Positions 17,878-26,195 of a stretch of 64,000 nt of DNA are shown piece by piece. The stretch's first letter is position 1. Every line of letters starts with the position of its first letter. The DNA comes from Candidatus Latescibacterota bacterium (GTDB lineage Bacteria > Latescibacterota > UBA2968 > UBA8231). The translations under genes were made by a program, and so were the position numbers. The stretch is taken from the NCBI GenBank assembly GCA_965221775.1, contig CBDCSU010000005.1:672001-736000 (forward strand), read 5' to 3'. The notes below the pieces were generated by a model. It worked only from the letters and a program-made list of their open reading frames with translations. It was not told the origin of the DNA and did no database searches.

Positions 17878-19896
17878 ATGGCCGCGGAGAGGAGACTCCG
17901 GCGCGCGGCGCTGCTCAGCTTTCCGAGGGTGGCCCTCAACGAGGAGACCCTCGACCGGATCGTGGAGGAGGGGTTCACCGATGTGGGCGCCGGCCTGGTG
18001 GAGCTGCCCAAGGGCTACCACGGCTTCTCCCTGGAGAACGGAGAGCGGCTGGCCCGGATGTGCGCGGAGCGCGGCCTCGGCTACATCGCCTTCACCGGCT
18101 ACATGAAGTACCAGGAGGCCCTGGTGGCGGCGGAGCCCCAGCGGCTCATGCACCTGGCCGGCGACGGCGCGGTGCAGGACCTCGACGGGCTGCGGGTGCG
18201 GTGGCTGTGCCCCTTCCGGCCGGAGAACAAGGCCTGGTACCTGGGCCAGCTCCTGGAGGTCTGCCGCTGGCCGGCGCTGGTCGAGATCCACCTCAACGAC
18301 GAGGCCTCCCTCGGCTTCGGCGACGGCACCATCGGCTGCTACTGCGACTTCTGCCGGGCGGAGTTCCGCGAGGCCACGGGCCGCGAGCCGCCCACCTCGC
18401 GCGACTGGAACGACCCCCTGTGGTACACCTGGCTCGAGGCGCGGTTCGACAACTGGGAGGCCGTGCACTCGGAGCTGCGCGCCGCCATCAAGGAGGTCCG
18501 GCCCGACGTGGTGGTGGGCATCCAGCACAGCCCCGTCGTCCCCGAGCGCAACTACAACGCCTGGCAGACCGGCATCCGCCTGGGCCGCGACGCCCTGACC
18601 CAGGACGTCATCGCCACCGACCCCTACCACTACAACCACCACCACCTCATCCTGCACCGGCCCCACCGCCGCATCCTCTCCGAGACGACGCGCAGCCTGG
18701 TGGCCGCCTGCCTGGACCGCCAGGTCGACATCTATCCCCAGGGCTTCATGCCGCCCTCCCAGGCCGTGCCCATGGGCCGCCAGGACGGGCTGCTGGCAGC
18801 GGTGGTGCCCTTCGTGCTGGGCGCCGACCTGGTGATGCCCTACACCTACGAGCAGATGAAGATCATCCCCGGGTTCTTCGAGGCCTTCGACGAGGCCCGG
18901 CGCCTGATGCCGGCCTTCGCCTGCCACCGGCCCTGGGCCTTCGCCACCATGCTCATGCCGCAGCAGTCCGAGATCTACGGCCATCACGCCTCGGCCTGGG
19001 GACACGGCGGCCTCCTCACCATGGTGGACCTGCTCTACCGGACGGGCCTGCCGTGGCGGTGGTTCTGGGACGAGCGCCTCGACGACGCCGGGGATCGCCT
19101 GCGGGGCCCGCTGATCCTGCCCGAGACCCACTGTCTCACGGCGAGCCAGATCGAGCGCATCGAGGCTGTCGCCGTGAAAGGCGAGGGCCTGCTGTGGATC
19201 GGCAACCGGCCGGCGGGCCCCTGGGAGGGCCGCGGCCCCTGCCCCCTGCCGCAGCGGATCCACACCGGCGCCTTCGAGATGGAGCTGCAGGGGGATCACC
19301 CGCTGACCGCGGGCCTGGAGCACCCCCTCATCCTGAGCACGCGGGTGGACGGGCCGGGGCCGGAGGGCGAGGTCCTCGGCACGGTGGAGGGCCGGCCGGC
19401 GCTGGTCCTGGTGGAGGAGGGAGACCGCCGCGAGGTCTGGCTCGCCGGCATGCCGGCGGTGACCTGGACCGGGAACATCCCCGCCAGCTCCCTCCTGGAG
19501 GAGACCAGCAACGTGGAGCTGCTGCGGCGGCTGATCGTGTGGGCCTCGGGCCGCCGGCCCCTGGCGCGGCTGGACCCGTTCCCGCCGGAGGACGACTACC
19601 GCAGCCTGAGGCCCGCCGACCGGCGCGCCGTCCCCACCATGGAGCTGCTGCCCATGGCCGCGGAGGACTCCCTGCTGGCGGTGGTCTTCCCCTACACGCC
19701 GGTGGGCTGCCGCACGGCGCTGGTGATCGAGCCGCCGCAGGGCCGGACCATCGGCCCGGTGCGGGAGATCTGGAGCGGCGAGGACTGGAGCGGCCGGGTG
19801 GAGGCGGGCGCCGGCGGCACGGCGCGCATCCCCCTCGACATCCCCGGCGACTGCGACCTGCTGGCCCTCCAGGTGGAACTGAAGGAGGATCGATGA
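17878..19896 (+). CDS. Putative glycoside-hydrolase-like TIM barrel protein (GH42-like)
   Basis: LNDE, CYCDFCRAEF cysteine motif, DPY, trimerisation-like C-terminal region; sits in the operon. Confidence 0.6.
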   Translation: MAAERRLRRAALLSFPRVALNEETLDRIVEEGFTDVGAGLVELPKGYHGFSLENGERLARMCAERGLGYIAFTGYMKYQEALVAAEPQRLMHLAGDGAVQDLDGLRVRWLCPFRPENKAWYLGQLLEVCRWPALVEIHLNDEASLGFGDGTIGCYCDFCRAEFREATGREPPTSRDWNDPLWYTWLEARFDNWEAVHSELRAAIKEVRPDVVVGIQHSPVVPERNYNAWQTGIRLGRDALTQDVIATDPYHYNHHHLILHRPHRRILSETTRSLVAACLDRQVDIYPQGFMPPSQAVPMGRQDGLLAAVVPFVLGADLVMPYTYEQMKIIPGFFEAFDEARRLMPAFACHRPWAFATMLMPQQSEIYGHHASAWGHGGLLTMVDLLYRTGLPWRWFWDERLDDAGDRLRGPLILPETHCLTASQIERIEAVAVKGEGLLWIGNRPAGPWEGRGPCPLPQRIHTGAFEMELQGDHPLTAGLEHPLILSTRVDGPGPEGEVLGTVEGRPALVLVEEGDRREVWLAGMPAVTWTGNIPASSLLEETSNVELLRRLIVWASGRRPLARLDPFPPEDDYRSLRPADRRAVPTMELLPMAAEDSLLAVVFPYTPVGCRTALVIEPPQGRTIGPVREIWSGEDWSGRVEAGAGGTARIPLDIPGDCDLLALQVELKEDR

Positions 19897-21317
19897 GCGA
19901 AGGCTGGAACATCGTCGTCGTCGTGGCGGACACCCTTCGCACCGCCTACCTCGGCGCCTACGGCAACGACTGGATCCACACGCCCAACCTGGACCGCTTC
20001 GCGAGGCAGGGCGTGCGCTTCACCAACGCCCATCCCGAGTGCCTGCCCACCATCCCGACGCGCCGCACCCTGCACACGGGACGGCGGGCCTTCCCCTTCC
20101 CCACCTACACGCCGGTGCCCTGGGACAACGTCTACATCCCCGGCTGGCAGCCGATGTCGGCCGACGAGCCGGCCGTCGCCGAGGCCCTGGTGAGGAGCGG
20201 CTACCACACCGGCTTCTTCGCCGACGTGCCCCACTACTTCGTCCCGGGGATGAACTTCACCCGCGGCTTCCGGCAATGGGAGTTCGTCCGGGGCCAGGCC
20301 GAGGACCGCTACCGGGCGGTGGCGCGCGCCGACGAGGCGCTGCTGTCCCGCTACCAGGGCAACGCGAACCGGGTCCGCGCCCATCTCGTGAACGTGCAGC
20401 CCCAGCGGCCCGAGGAGACGTGGCCCACGGCGCGGCTCTTCCGCTCGGCCATCGAGTTCGTGGAGCAGAACGCCGGCCACGCGCCCTTCTACCTCTACGT
20501 GGACGGTTTCACCCCCCACGAGACGTGGGAGGCGCCGCTGCACTACTACGACCTCTACGGCCGCCGCGAGGATCGCGAGCCGATCCTCCTCAACCTGCCC
20601 TACCGCCCCCTCGACGACAAGTCCGTCGAGGCCCGGCTGGCGAGCGTCAGGGCCAACTACGCCGGGCTGGTTACCCTCGTCGACACCTGGTTCGGAAAGC
20701 TGGTGGAGACGATCGACCGGCTGGGGCTGAGGGAGAGCACGCTGATCCTCTTCCTCAGCGACCACGGGACCAACTTCGCCGACAACGCCGAGCGGGTCAC
20801 CGGCAAGCCGGCGGGCTACATGTACCCCGGCACCATGGACATCCCCCTGCTCGTGCGCCATCCCGCCGGCGTCAACGCCGGGACCGTGTGCGACGAGTTG
20901 GTCTACACGCTAGACGTGCCGGCCACCGTGATCGCCGCGAGCCGGGTGCAGGCGGCCGGCGAGATCGAGGGGCAGAGCCTGCTGCCCCTGGTGGAGGGAG
21001 GGCCGGGCTTCAGCCCCCGCGAGTACCTGACTTGCCGCTACGGCAACTTCGTGTGGTACAAGGACGCGAAGAGCTGGTACTTCTCCAGCGTCGACTTCCA
21101 GGAGCCGCGGCTCTTCGATCTCGAGGCGGACCCTGAGTGCCGGGAGAACATCGCCGCGAAGTGCCCCGAGCGGATCGCCCTCGCCCGGGAGCGCATCCTG
21201 ACCGACGCCGGGGGGCGCCTGCCACGTTACGAGCACCAGGGCACCGACGCCCTCGGGCGCCCGGAGTTCACCGAGCAGCAGCCACAACGAACCCAACAGA
21301 AAGGAGGAACATCGTGA
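19893..21317 (+). CDS. Sulfatase-like alkaline phosphatase superfamily hydrolase
   Basis: ATG 19893; VVADTLR, TPNLD, TIPTRRTLHTGR, PHETW, SDHG, LFDLEADP. Confidence 0.9.
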   Translation: MSEGWNIVVVVADTLRTAYLGAYGNDWIHTPNLDRFARQGVRFTNAHPECLPTIPTRRTLHTGRRAFPFPTYTPVPWDNVYIPGWQPMSADEPAVAEALVRSGYHTGFFADVPHYFVPGMNFTRGFRQWEFVRGQAEDRYRAVARADEALLSRYQGNANRVRAHLVNVQPQRPEETWPTARLFRSAIEFVEQNAGHAPFYLYVDGFTPHETWEAPLHYYDLYGRREDREPILLNLPYRPLDDKSVEARLASVRANYAGLVTLVDTWFGKLVETIDRLGLRESTLILFLSDHGTNFADNAERVTGKPAGYMYPGTMDIPLLVRHPAGVNAGTVCDELVYTLDVPATVIAASRVQAAGEIEGQSLLPLVEGGPGFSPREYLTCRYGNFVWYKDAKSWYFSSVDFQEPRLFDLEADPECRENIAAKCPERIALARERILTDAGGRLPRYEHQGTDALGRPEFTEQQPQRTQQKGGTS

Positions 21318-22120
21318 AACTCAGCTTCCACACTTGCGGTCTCGAATGGTGGTCCCTGGAGGACGCCATCAACGAGTTGGCCGACATCGGCTACGACGCC
21401 TGCGGGCCCATCCTGGCGCCCGGGGGCCACGTCGACCCGGACAAGATCACCAGCAGCGAGATCGAGAGCTACAAGCGGCTCGCCGCCGACCGCAACCTGG
21501 CGATCAGCACCCTCAACCCCTGGAAGATCGGCGGCTTCTCCACCAAGGTGGATTCGGGCGAGACGGAGCGGTTCTTCCGCCGGGCCCTCGACCTGGCCGC
21601 CGAGTTCGGCGCCGGCAGCGTGAAGTTCCTGGCCGGCAGCCACCCCGACGGCGAGATGGACGGCTGGAAGGCGATGGTCAAGGTCTGCAAGCGCCTCTGC
21701 CACCACGCCGAGCAGGTCGGCGTCGACCTGCTCATGCAGAACCACGAGAACCAGCTCATCGACACCTCCAACTGCTTCGCCCTGCTGCGCCACCACGTCG
21801 GATCGGAGCGCCTCCAGGCCACCCTCGACGTCTCCAACATGGCGATCCTCATGGAGGACCCCTGCCGCGCCATCCACGACCACGCCGACAACATCCGCTA
21901 CATCCGCATCAAGGGCATGCTCCTCCACTACCCCTACGCCACCCAGTGCGCCCCCGGAGCGCCGGGCGACATCGTCGACTGGAAGGCCGTCTTCACGGCG
22001 CTGAAGGAGGTCGGCTACACCGGCTACATCGAGCCCGTCACCTACCCGTGGTTCCCGCCCGACTTCCACCGGACCAACTACCAGTGGTGCCGCGAGCTGG
22101 CGGCGGAGGTGGGGCTGTGA
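21314..22120 (+). CDS. Sugar phosphate isomerase/epimerase TIM barrel
   Basis: GTG 21314 with AGGAGG; QNHE, LDVSN, GYTGYIEP. Confidence 0.85.
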   Translation: MKLSFHTCGLEWWSLEDAINELADIGYDACGPILAPGGHVDPDKITSSEIESYKRLAADRNLAISTLNPWKIGGFSTKVDSGETERFFRRALDLAAEFGAGSVKFLAGSHPDGEMDGWKAMVKVCKRLCHHAEQVGVDLLMQNHENQLIDTSNCFALLRHHVGSERLQATLDVSNMAILMEDPCRAIHDHADNIRYIRIKGMLLHYPYATQCAPGAPGDIVDWKAVFTALKEVGYTGYIEPVTYPWFPPDFHRTNYQWCRELAAEVGL

Positions 22121-22465
22121 GGGGGAGGTAGCTGGGGGCCGCGGCGCACTTGCTCGGCGCCGTGGCTCCACCTTGCACCACGGGATCCGAGGCCCGCACT
22201 ACACGACAACGCGAACCCCTCCACAGTTACTCTTCGGCAGCTTCCGTCTGTCCCGCTCCCGCGCGGGGTCGCCCTCCAGCGCCTCAGCGCGGGTGCTGTT
22301 ACCGAGACGGCCTCCGCAACCAGGGGCCGTGCGTAACCGACAAACCCCCTGGTGTCACGGTCCCATCCTGGCACCGACCTCCGCTCCACGGCGCCGCCCC
22401 GGCCAGGGTCTCCCGTTTGCCTCCAGTCCCATCCCGTGACGGGCACCCGGTCCACGGCCGGGGGT

Positions 22466-22494
22466 TGAACGAAATCCCTGCCTCGGCCGTATAA
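22466..22494 (+). promoter_or_regulatory. Putative autoregulatory ECF sigma promoter
   Basis: TGAAC-N17-CGTATAA about 30 bp upstream of the ECF sigma gene; resembles AAC/CGT-type ECF promoters. Confidence 0.55.
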
Positions 22495-22523
22495 CCCGTT
22501 GGAGGCGGTGAATTCCGGGACCG

Positions 22524-23051
22524 ATGGGATGCAGCGACGAAGAGCTGATGCGGGATCTCCAGCGGGGAGAGCTGCGGGCCTTCGACGCGCTCTACGAACG
22601 CCACTCCCGACCCCTGTTCAACTTCATCCGCCGGCTCCTGCGGGACGAGAGCCTGGCCGAGGATGTCTTCCAGGAGACCTGCATGCGGGTGTTGAACAAC
22701 GCCGGCCGCTTCGATTCCCGGTCCCGCTTCCGGACCTGGCTGTACACGGTGGCCCACAATCTCTGCATGGATGAACTGCGCCGGCGCCGCCGGAGGAGGA
22801 GCATCCCCGCCGGCGAGCTGCCCGGGCCGCCGCCGGAGCCCGACCCGCACGAGCGGCTGGTCGAAGGCGAATCCGCACACCGGCTGCTCGGGGGCCTGAA
22901 ACCGGAGCTGCGGGCCGTCGTCGTGCTCCGGGTCCTGCACGGGTACTCGCAGGAGGAGACGGCGAGGATCGTGGGTGTCCCCGTGGGGACGGTGAAGAGC
23001 CGCCTCCACCACGCCCTGAAGCAACTGCGCCGGATGGCGGAGGAGACATGA
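22524..23051 (+). CDS. ECF RNA polymerase sigma factor
   Basis: AEDVFQE, FRTWLYTVAHN, VPVGTVKSRLH. Confidence 0.95.
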   Translation: MGCSDEELMRDLQRGELRAFDALYERHSRPLFNFIRRLLRDESLAEDVFQETCMRVLNNAGRFDSRSRFRTWLYTVAHNLCMDELRRRRRRRSIPAGELPGPPPEPDPHERLVEGESAHRLLGGLKPELRAVVVLRVLHGYSQEETARIVGVPVGTVKSRLHHALKQLRRMAEET

Positions 23052-23395
23052 ATCCGGAGGACCGCGCCGTAGAGGAGATCCGGGCGCTGCTTGGACCCGC
23101 ACCCGAGGTGGCGGTGCCCCGGGGGGTGGAGGAGAGGGTGAGGACTGGCGCGCGAAGGTGGGCCCGCCAGCGGGCCGGCGTGGGGGCGATTCGCATCTCC
23201 TGGCCCGACAGAATCGCCCTCGGGCTGATCGGGCTGGAGCTGTTGGCCTTGGTCTGGGTGGCTGGTCCGCGGCTCGAGATGGACCAACTCCTGCGAGGTG
23301 TTCTCCTCGGTCTGGCTGGTCTCAATTCCGCCGCCCTGCTGGCGAGCCCGGCCATCCTTCTGAACTTCCGGAGAAGGGAGCAGATACTACCATGA
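23048..23395 (+). CDS. Putative membrane anti-sigma factor
   Basis: ATGA-coupled to the sigma gene; short soluble N-terminus plus two TM segments. Confidence 0.6.
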   Translation: MNPEDRAVEEIRALLGPAPEVAVPRGVEERVRTGARRWARQRAGVGAIRISWPDRIALGLIGLELLALVWVAGPRLEMDQLLRGVLLGLAGLNSAALLASPAILLNFRRREQILP

Positions 23396-24258
23396 ACAAG
23401 CGCATGCAGGAGAAGCTTCACCGGTGGCTGCCCAGGGTGGCCGTCCTGAGCCTGCTGGTCTTCTTCTCCTCCTGTCTCTTCGACGCTTTCTATGTGGACC
23501 CCAGGCGGGTGCGGGAGTGGAGGAAGGCCGATGCAGCACGATTGCTCGCGAAGGGGAAGAAGGAGGAGGCCTTGAGGACGCGGGAGGGAGGGCTCAGAGC
23601 CGCCCTGGAGCGAGTCTCCGCCGTCATCGAAACCCTCGACGGCAACCGGCAGACCCAGGAGGCGCTGATGGAGGCCGTCGCCCAAGAGAAATCCATCGGC
23701 GAGGTGTGGGTGACCGATGACGAGGGCCACATCGTGTACTACGGCAGGCACCGTCCCCCGCTGCGCAATGTCGAGAACTACCCTCTCCCCACTCTGCACC
23801 GGCGGCTTGACAGTCTTCCCGCAGGCCTGCTCCAGCCAATGCAGCGGACCGGCATCCTGCTGATCTCGGTCATAGGCGGCTACGAGACCTCGCCAACCGG
23901 GGCACTTCGCGAGATGCTCCCAAAGCACCTCATCTATCCCCGGGAAGTGGAAGCTGCACGGGTCGAAGTGGGCCGGGTGAGGGGCGGCCTGATCGCCGCC
24001 GTGGTCTCTCAGCCCTCTTGGGGAATTCCCTTCCCAGAGACAAGCGAACGGCTCAGGCTGATCGGGAATCTCACCACCCTCGCGATCGCGGCCGGCCTGA
24101 TCGCCTTCTGGATCACCATCCCCTCGTGGATGCTGCTGGACGCCCGAAGGAGAGGAGAGCGGGCGGCGGCGTGGGGCCTCTTCGGTCTCCTGGGCAACGT
24201 CATGGCCCTCGTGATCTACCTGCTGGTGCGGCGGGACCCCCAAGAGGAGACGGCGTAA
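23392..24258 (+). CDS. Membrane protein with periplasmic region and C-terminal hydrophobic hairpin (PLDc_N-like)
   Basis: ATG 23392 coupled to the upstream stop; N-terminal TM; C-terminal DARRRG..AWG..ALVIYLLVR. Confidence 0.65.
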   Translation: MNKRMQEKLHRWLPRVAVLSLLVFFSSCLFDAFYVDPRRVREWRKADAARLLAKGKKEEALRTREGGLRAALERVSAVIETLDGNRQTQEALMEAVAQEKSIGEVWVTDDEGHIVYYGRHRPPLRNVENYPLPTLHRRLDSLPAGLLQPMQRTGILLISVIGGYETSPTGALREMLPKHLIYPREVEAARVEVGRVRGGLIAAVVSQPSWGIPFPETSERLRLIGNLTTLAIAAGLIAFWITIPSWMLLDARRRGERAAAWGLFGLLGNVMALVIYLLVRRDPQEETA

Positions 24259-24262
24259 CGCC

Positions 24263-25942
24263 TCAGAGGGAGTCCAGCTCCCGCTTCACCTCGGCGAGCA
24301 GGGCCTTCGCATCGCCGCGGTCCACGCCCACCGCCTGAAGCGACTCGGCGAGCCACCGCGTCCACCAGCGCCGGAAGGGGCTTCCCGGCGGACCCGCCAG
24401 CTGGCCGCGCCTCCCCAGGTCCAGGGAGAGGCCCCGGCGCAGGTGACGGTCCATCCCTTCGGGCCGATCCGTCTCGTGCGCGATACGCGCCAGGTGGAGG
24501 TGGGTCTCCGCGGCGAAGTCATCGTCGGCGACCCCTTCCAGGGCGCGGTGGAAAGCCCCCTCCGACTCCCCCGGCTGGCCGGCCAGGAGGTAACCCATGC
24601 CAGCCGCGGCGTGAACGCGCGGCTGGTGCAGGTGCTCGCGGTTCTCCTCGTAGAGCTCCAGCCCCCGGTCAGGCCGCCCCGCGCCGCTGTGGAAGTAGAT
24701 GAGATTTCCCGCTTCGCCGGGTGACGGCATCAGGCGCCGCGCCGCTTCCATGCGGCGGATCGCTTCGTCCATGTCGCCGGTCCGGTACGCGTGGTGGGTG
24801 GCCAGCTGGCGGCAGGCGCAAAATGCCCAGAAGGTGGTCCGTTCTGCTTGCAGCACGCTCTCGTAGACCGACGCGGCCTCGGCGTGCCGGTCGAGCCGTG
24901 ACAGGCACAGTCCGTACTCGTACAGGCAGGCTTGGTCTTGCGGAGCAAGCTTGACCAAGGACTGCAGCAGGGGCAGGGCCCGGGCGAACTCCCCGGCCCC
25001 CCGCAACAGCCTCGCCTTGCAGTAGAGGGCCTCCACGTCGACTTCGTTCGCCGCCAGCCGCCGGTCGGCCAGGGCGAGGACCCTCTGCTTCAGCTCCCTG
25101 CTGCGCTCCTCGCGGCCCGGCTGGCGGCAGGCCAGCTCCAGCTCGGCGACCACCTCCAGGGAGTCGGGAGCGGCCCTGGCCGCCCTCTCCAGGGCGCCGA
25201 CCTGGTCCGGGCCGGGCGCCTCCATGGGACCGTAGGTGCGGCCCCATTCGAGCAGCGCCGTCGAGTGCCCGGGCTGCAGGTCCAGGATCTCCTGGAAATG
25301 GGACCGGGCCGCTTCGTAGCGCAGATGGAGCCGGTCGTCCCGCCCGCTCTTCAGCAGGTGGGCGACGACGCGGGAGGCGAAGTCGTCGGGAAGGGCGTCT
25401 CCGTTTTCTCTGGCCATGGCGAGGGCCTCCTCTCTCAGGTGGCGACGGGCCCGGTAGAGCCGCTGCTTGACGCTGGCCGGGGTCGATTGCAACTCGCGAG
25501 CCACGGCCTCCAGCGGGCGTCCGTCGACGTAGTGGAGCAGGAAGACGGCGGCGCTGGCCGGGGGCAGCCGGTCCAGCAGGCGGGCGGCCGGGCCGGGTGG
25601 CTCGCCTTCGGAACCGCCCTCACCTTCCCGGCTCTCTCCATAGCGGGCGTGGGCCTCGACCCGGCGCCTGCGGTCGCGCAGCATGTTGAGGCTCCGATGC
25701 CGCACCGCCGTCCGCAGCCAGGGTCCGACCTTGACCGGCTCCCGTAGCTGGTGGAAGCGCTTCAGCGCCCCGATCAGGGCTTCCTGCACCGCGTCGAGGG
25801 CGTCGTCGTGGGAACCCAGGAATCCCAGGGCCTCGCGGTAGAGCTGGTGCTGATGGCGCCGCACGAGGGCCTCGAAGGCGGCCAGGTCTCCGGCCGCCGC
25901 GGCCCGTGCCAGGGAGCCGTCGCCGATTCCCGCGGTCTTCAT
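24263..25942 (-). CDS. ECF sigma factor with C-terminal TPR extension
   Basis: ATG 25942; AFEALVRRH..DAVQEA, SVKQRLYRAR, followed by TPR-like helices (VEALYCKA, CLYEYGLCL). Confidence 0.85.
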   Translation of the reverse strand: MKTAGIGDGSLARAAAAGDLAAFEALVRRHQHQLYREALGFLGSHDDALDAVQEALIGALKRFHQLREPVKVGPWLRTAVRHRSLNMLRDRRRRVEAHARYGESREGEGGSEGEPPGPAARLLDRLPPASAAVFLLHYVDGRPLEAVARELQSTPASVKQRLYRARRHLREEALAMARENGDALPDDFASRVVAHLLKSGRDDRLHLRYEAARSHFQEILDLQPGHSTALLEWGRTYGPMEAPGPDQVGALERAARAAPDSLEVVAELELACRQPGREERSRELKQRVLALADRRLAANEVDVEALYCKARLLRGAGEFARALPLLQSLVKLAPQDQACLYEYGLCLSRLDRHAEAASVYESVLQAERTTFWAFCACRQLATHHAYRTGDMDEAIRRMEAARRLMPSPGEAGNLIYFHSGAGRPDRGLELYEENREHLHQPRVHAAAGMGYLLAGQPGESEGAFHRALEGVADDDFAAETHLHLARIAHETDRPEGMDRHLRRGLSLDLGRRGQLAGPPGSPFRRWWTRWLAESLQAVGVDRGDAKALLAEVKRELDSL

Positions 25943-26010
25943 GCTTGTAAAGACCCCTGAACGTGGGTGGTGGTAATGCGGCCGGCGCGACTCCGTGCCC
26001 CGGCGACGGC

Positions 26011-26066
26011 GTGTCCTCGTCCTCGAAGACCGCACCCTTGGCGGTCCGGAATCAGATCGTGTCGCG
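26011..26066 (-). pseudogene. Deletion scar: 3' end of a lipoprotein paralog joined to half of a WYL-type box
   Basis: 26011-26051 matches 30768-30808 at 37/41 nt; immediately adjacent CAGATCGTGTCGC resembles the box at 31793-31805. Confidence 0.6.
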
Positions 26067-26195
26067 CACGCCGCGCCGCTTCGGGCCGGGGCTCTGGACG
26101 TACATTCCCGCCAGCCTGGCGGCGCCGCTCCACCGGTCTTCGGACCCTCGGGCAGGCTGTAGGCACCACCCCCTTGGCTTCAGGAGAAGAGACCG

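Noticed and set aside
18060-19892. N-terminal extension of the 1085-aa ORF
   Set aside because: Off-frame overlap with the GH-like gene; the hydrolase starts at ATG 19893 after a GGAGG RBS.
22121-22460. Long intergenic region as ncRNA or riboswitch
   Set aside because: Only short repeats (GTCACGG/CCGTGAC, GTCCCATCC twice); no recognisable RNA family motif.
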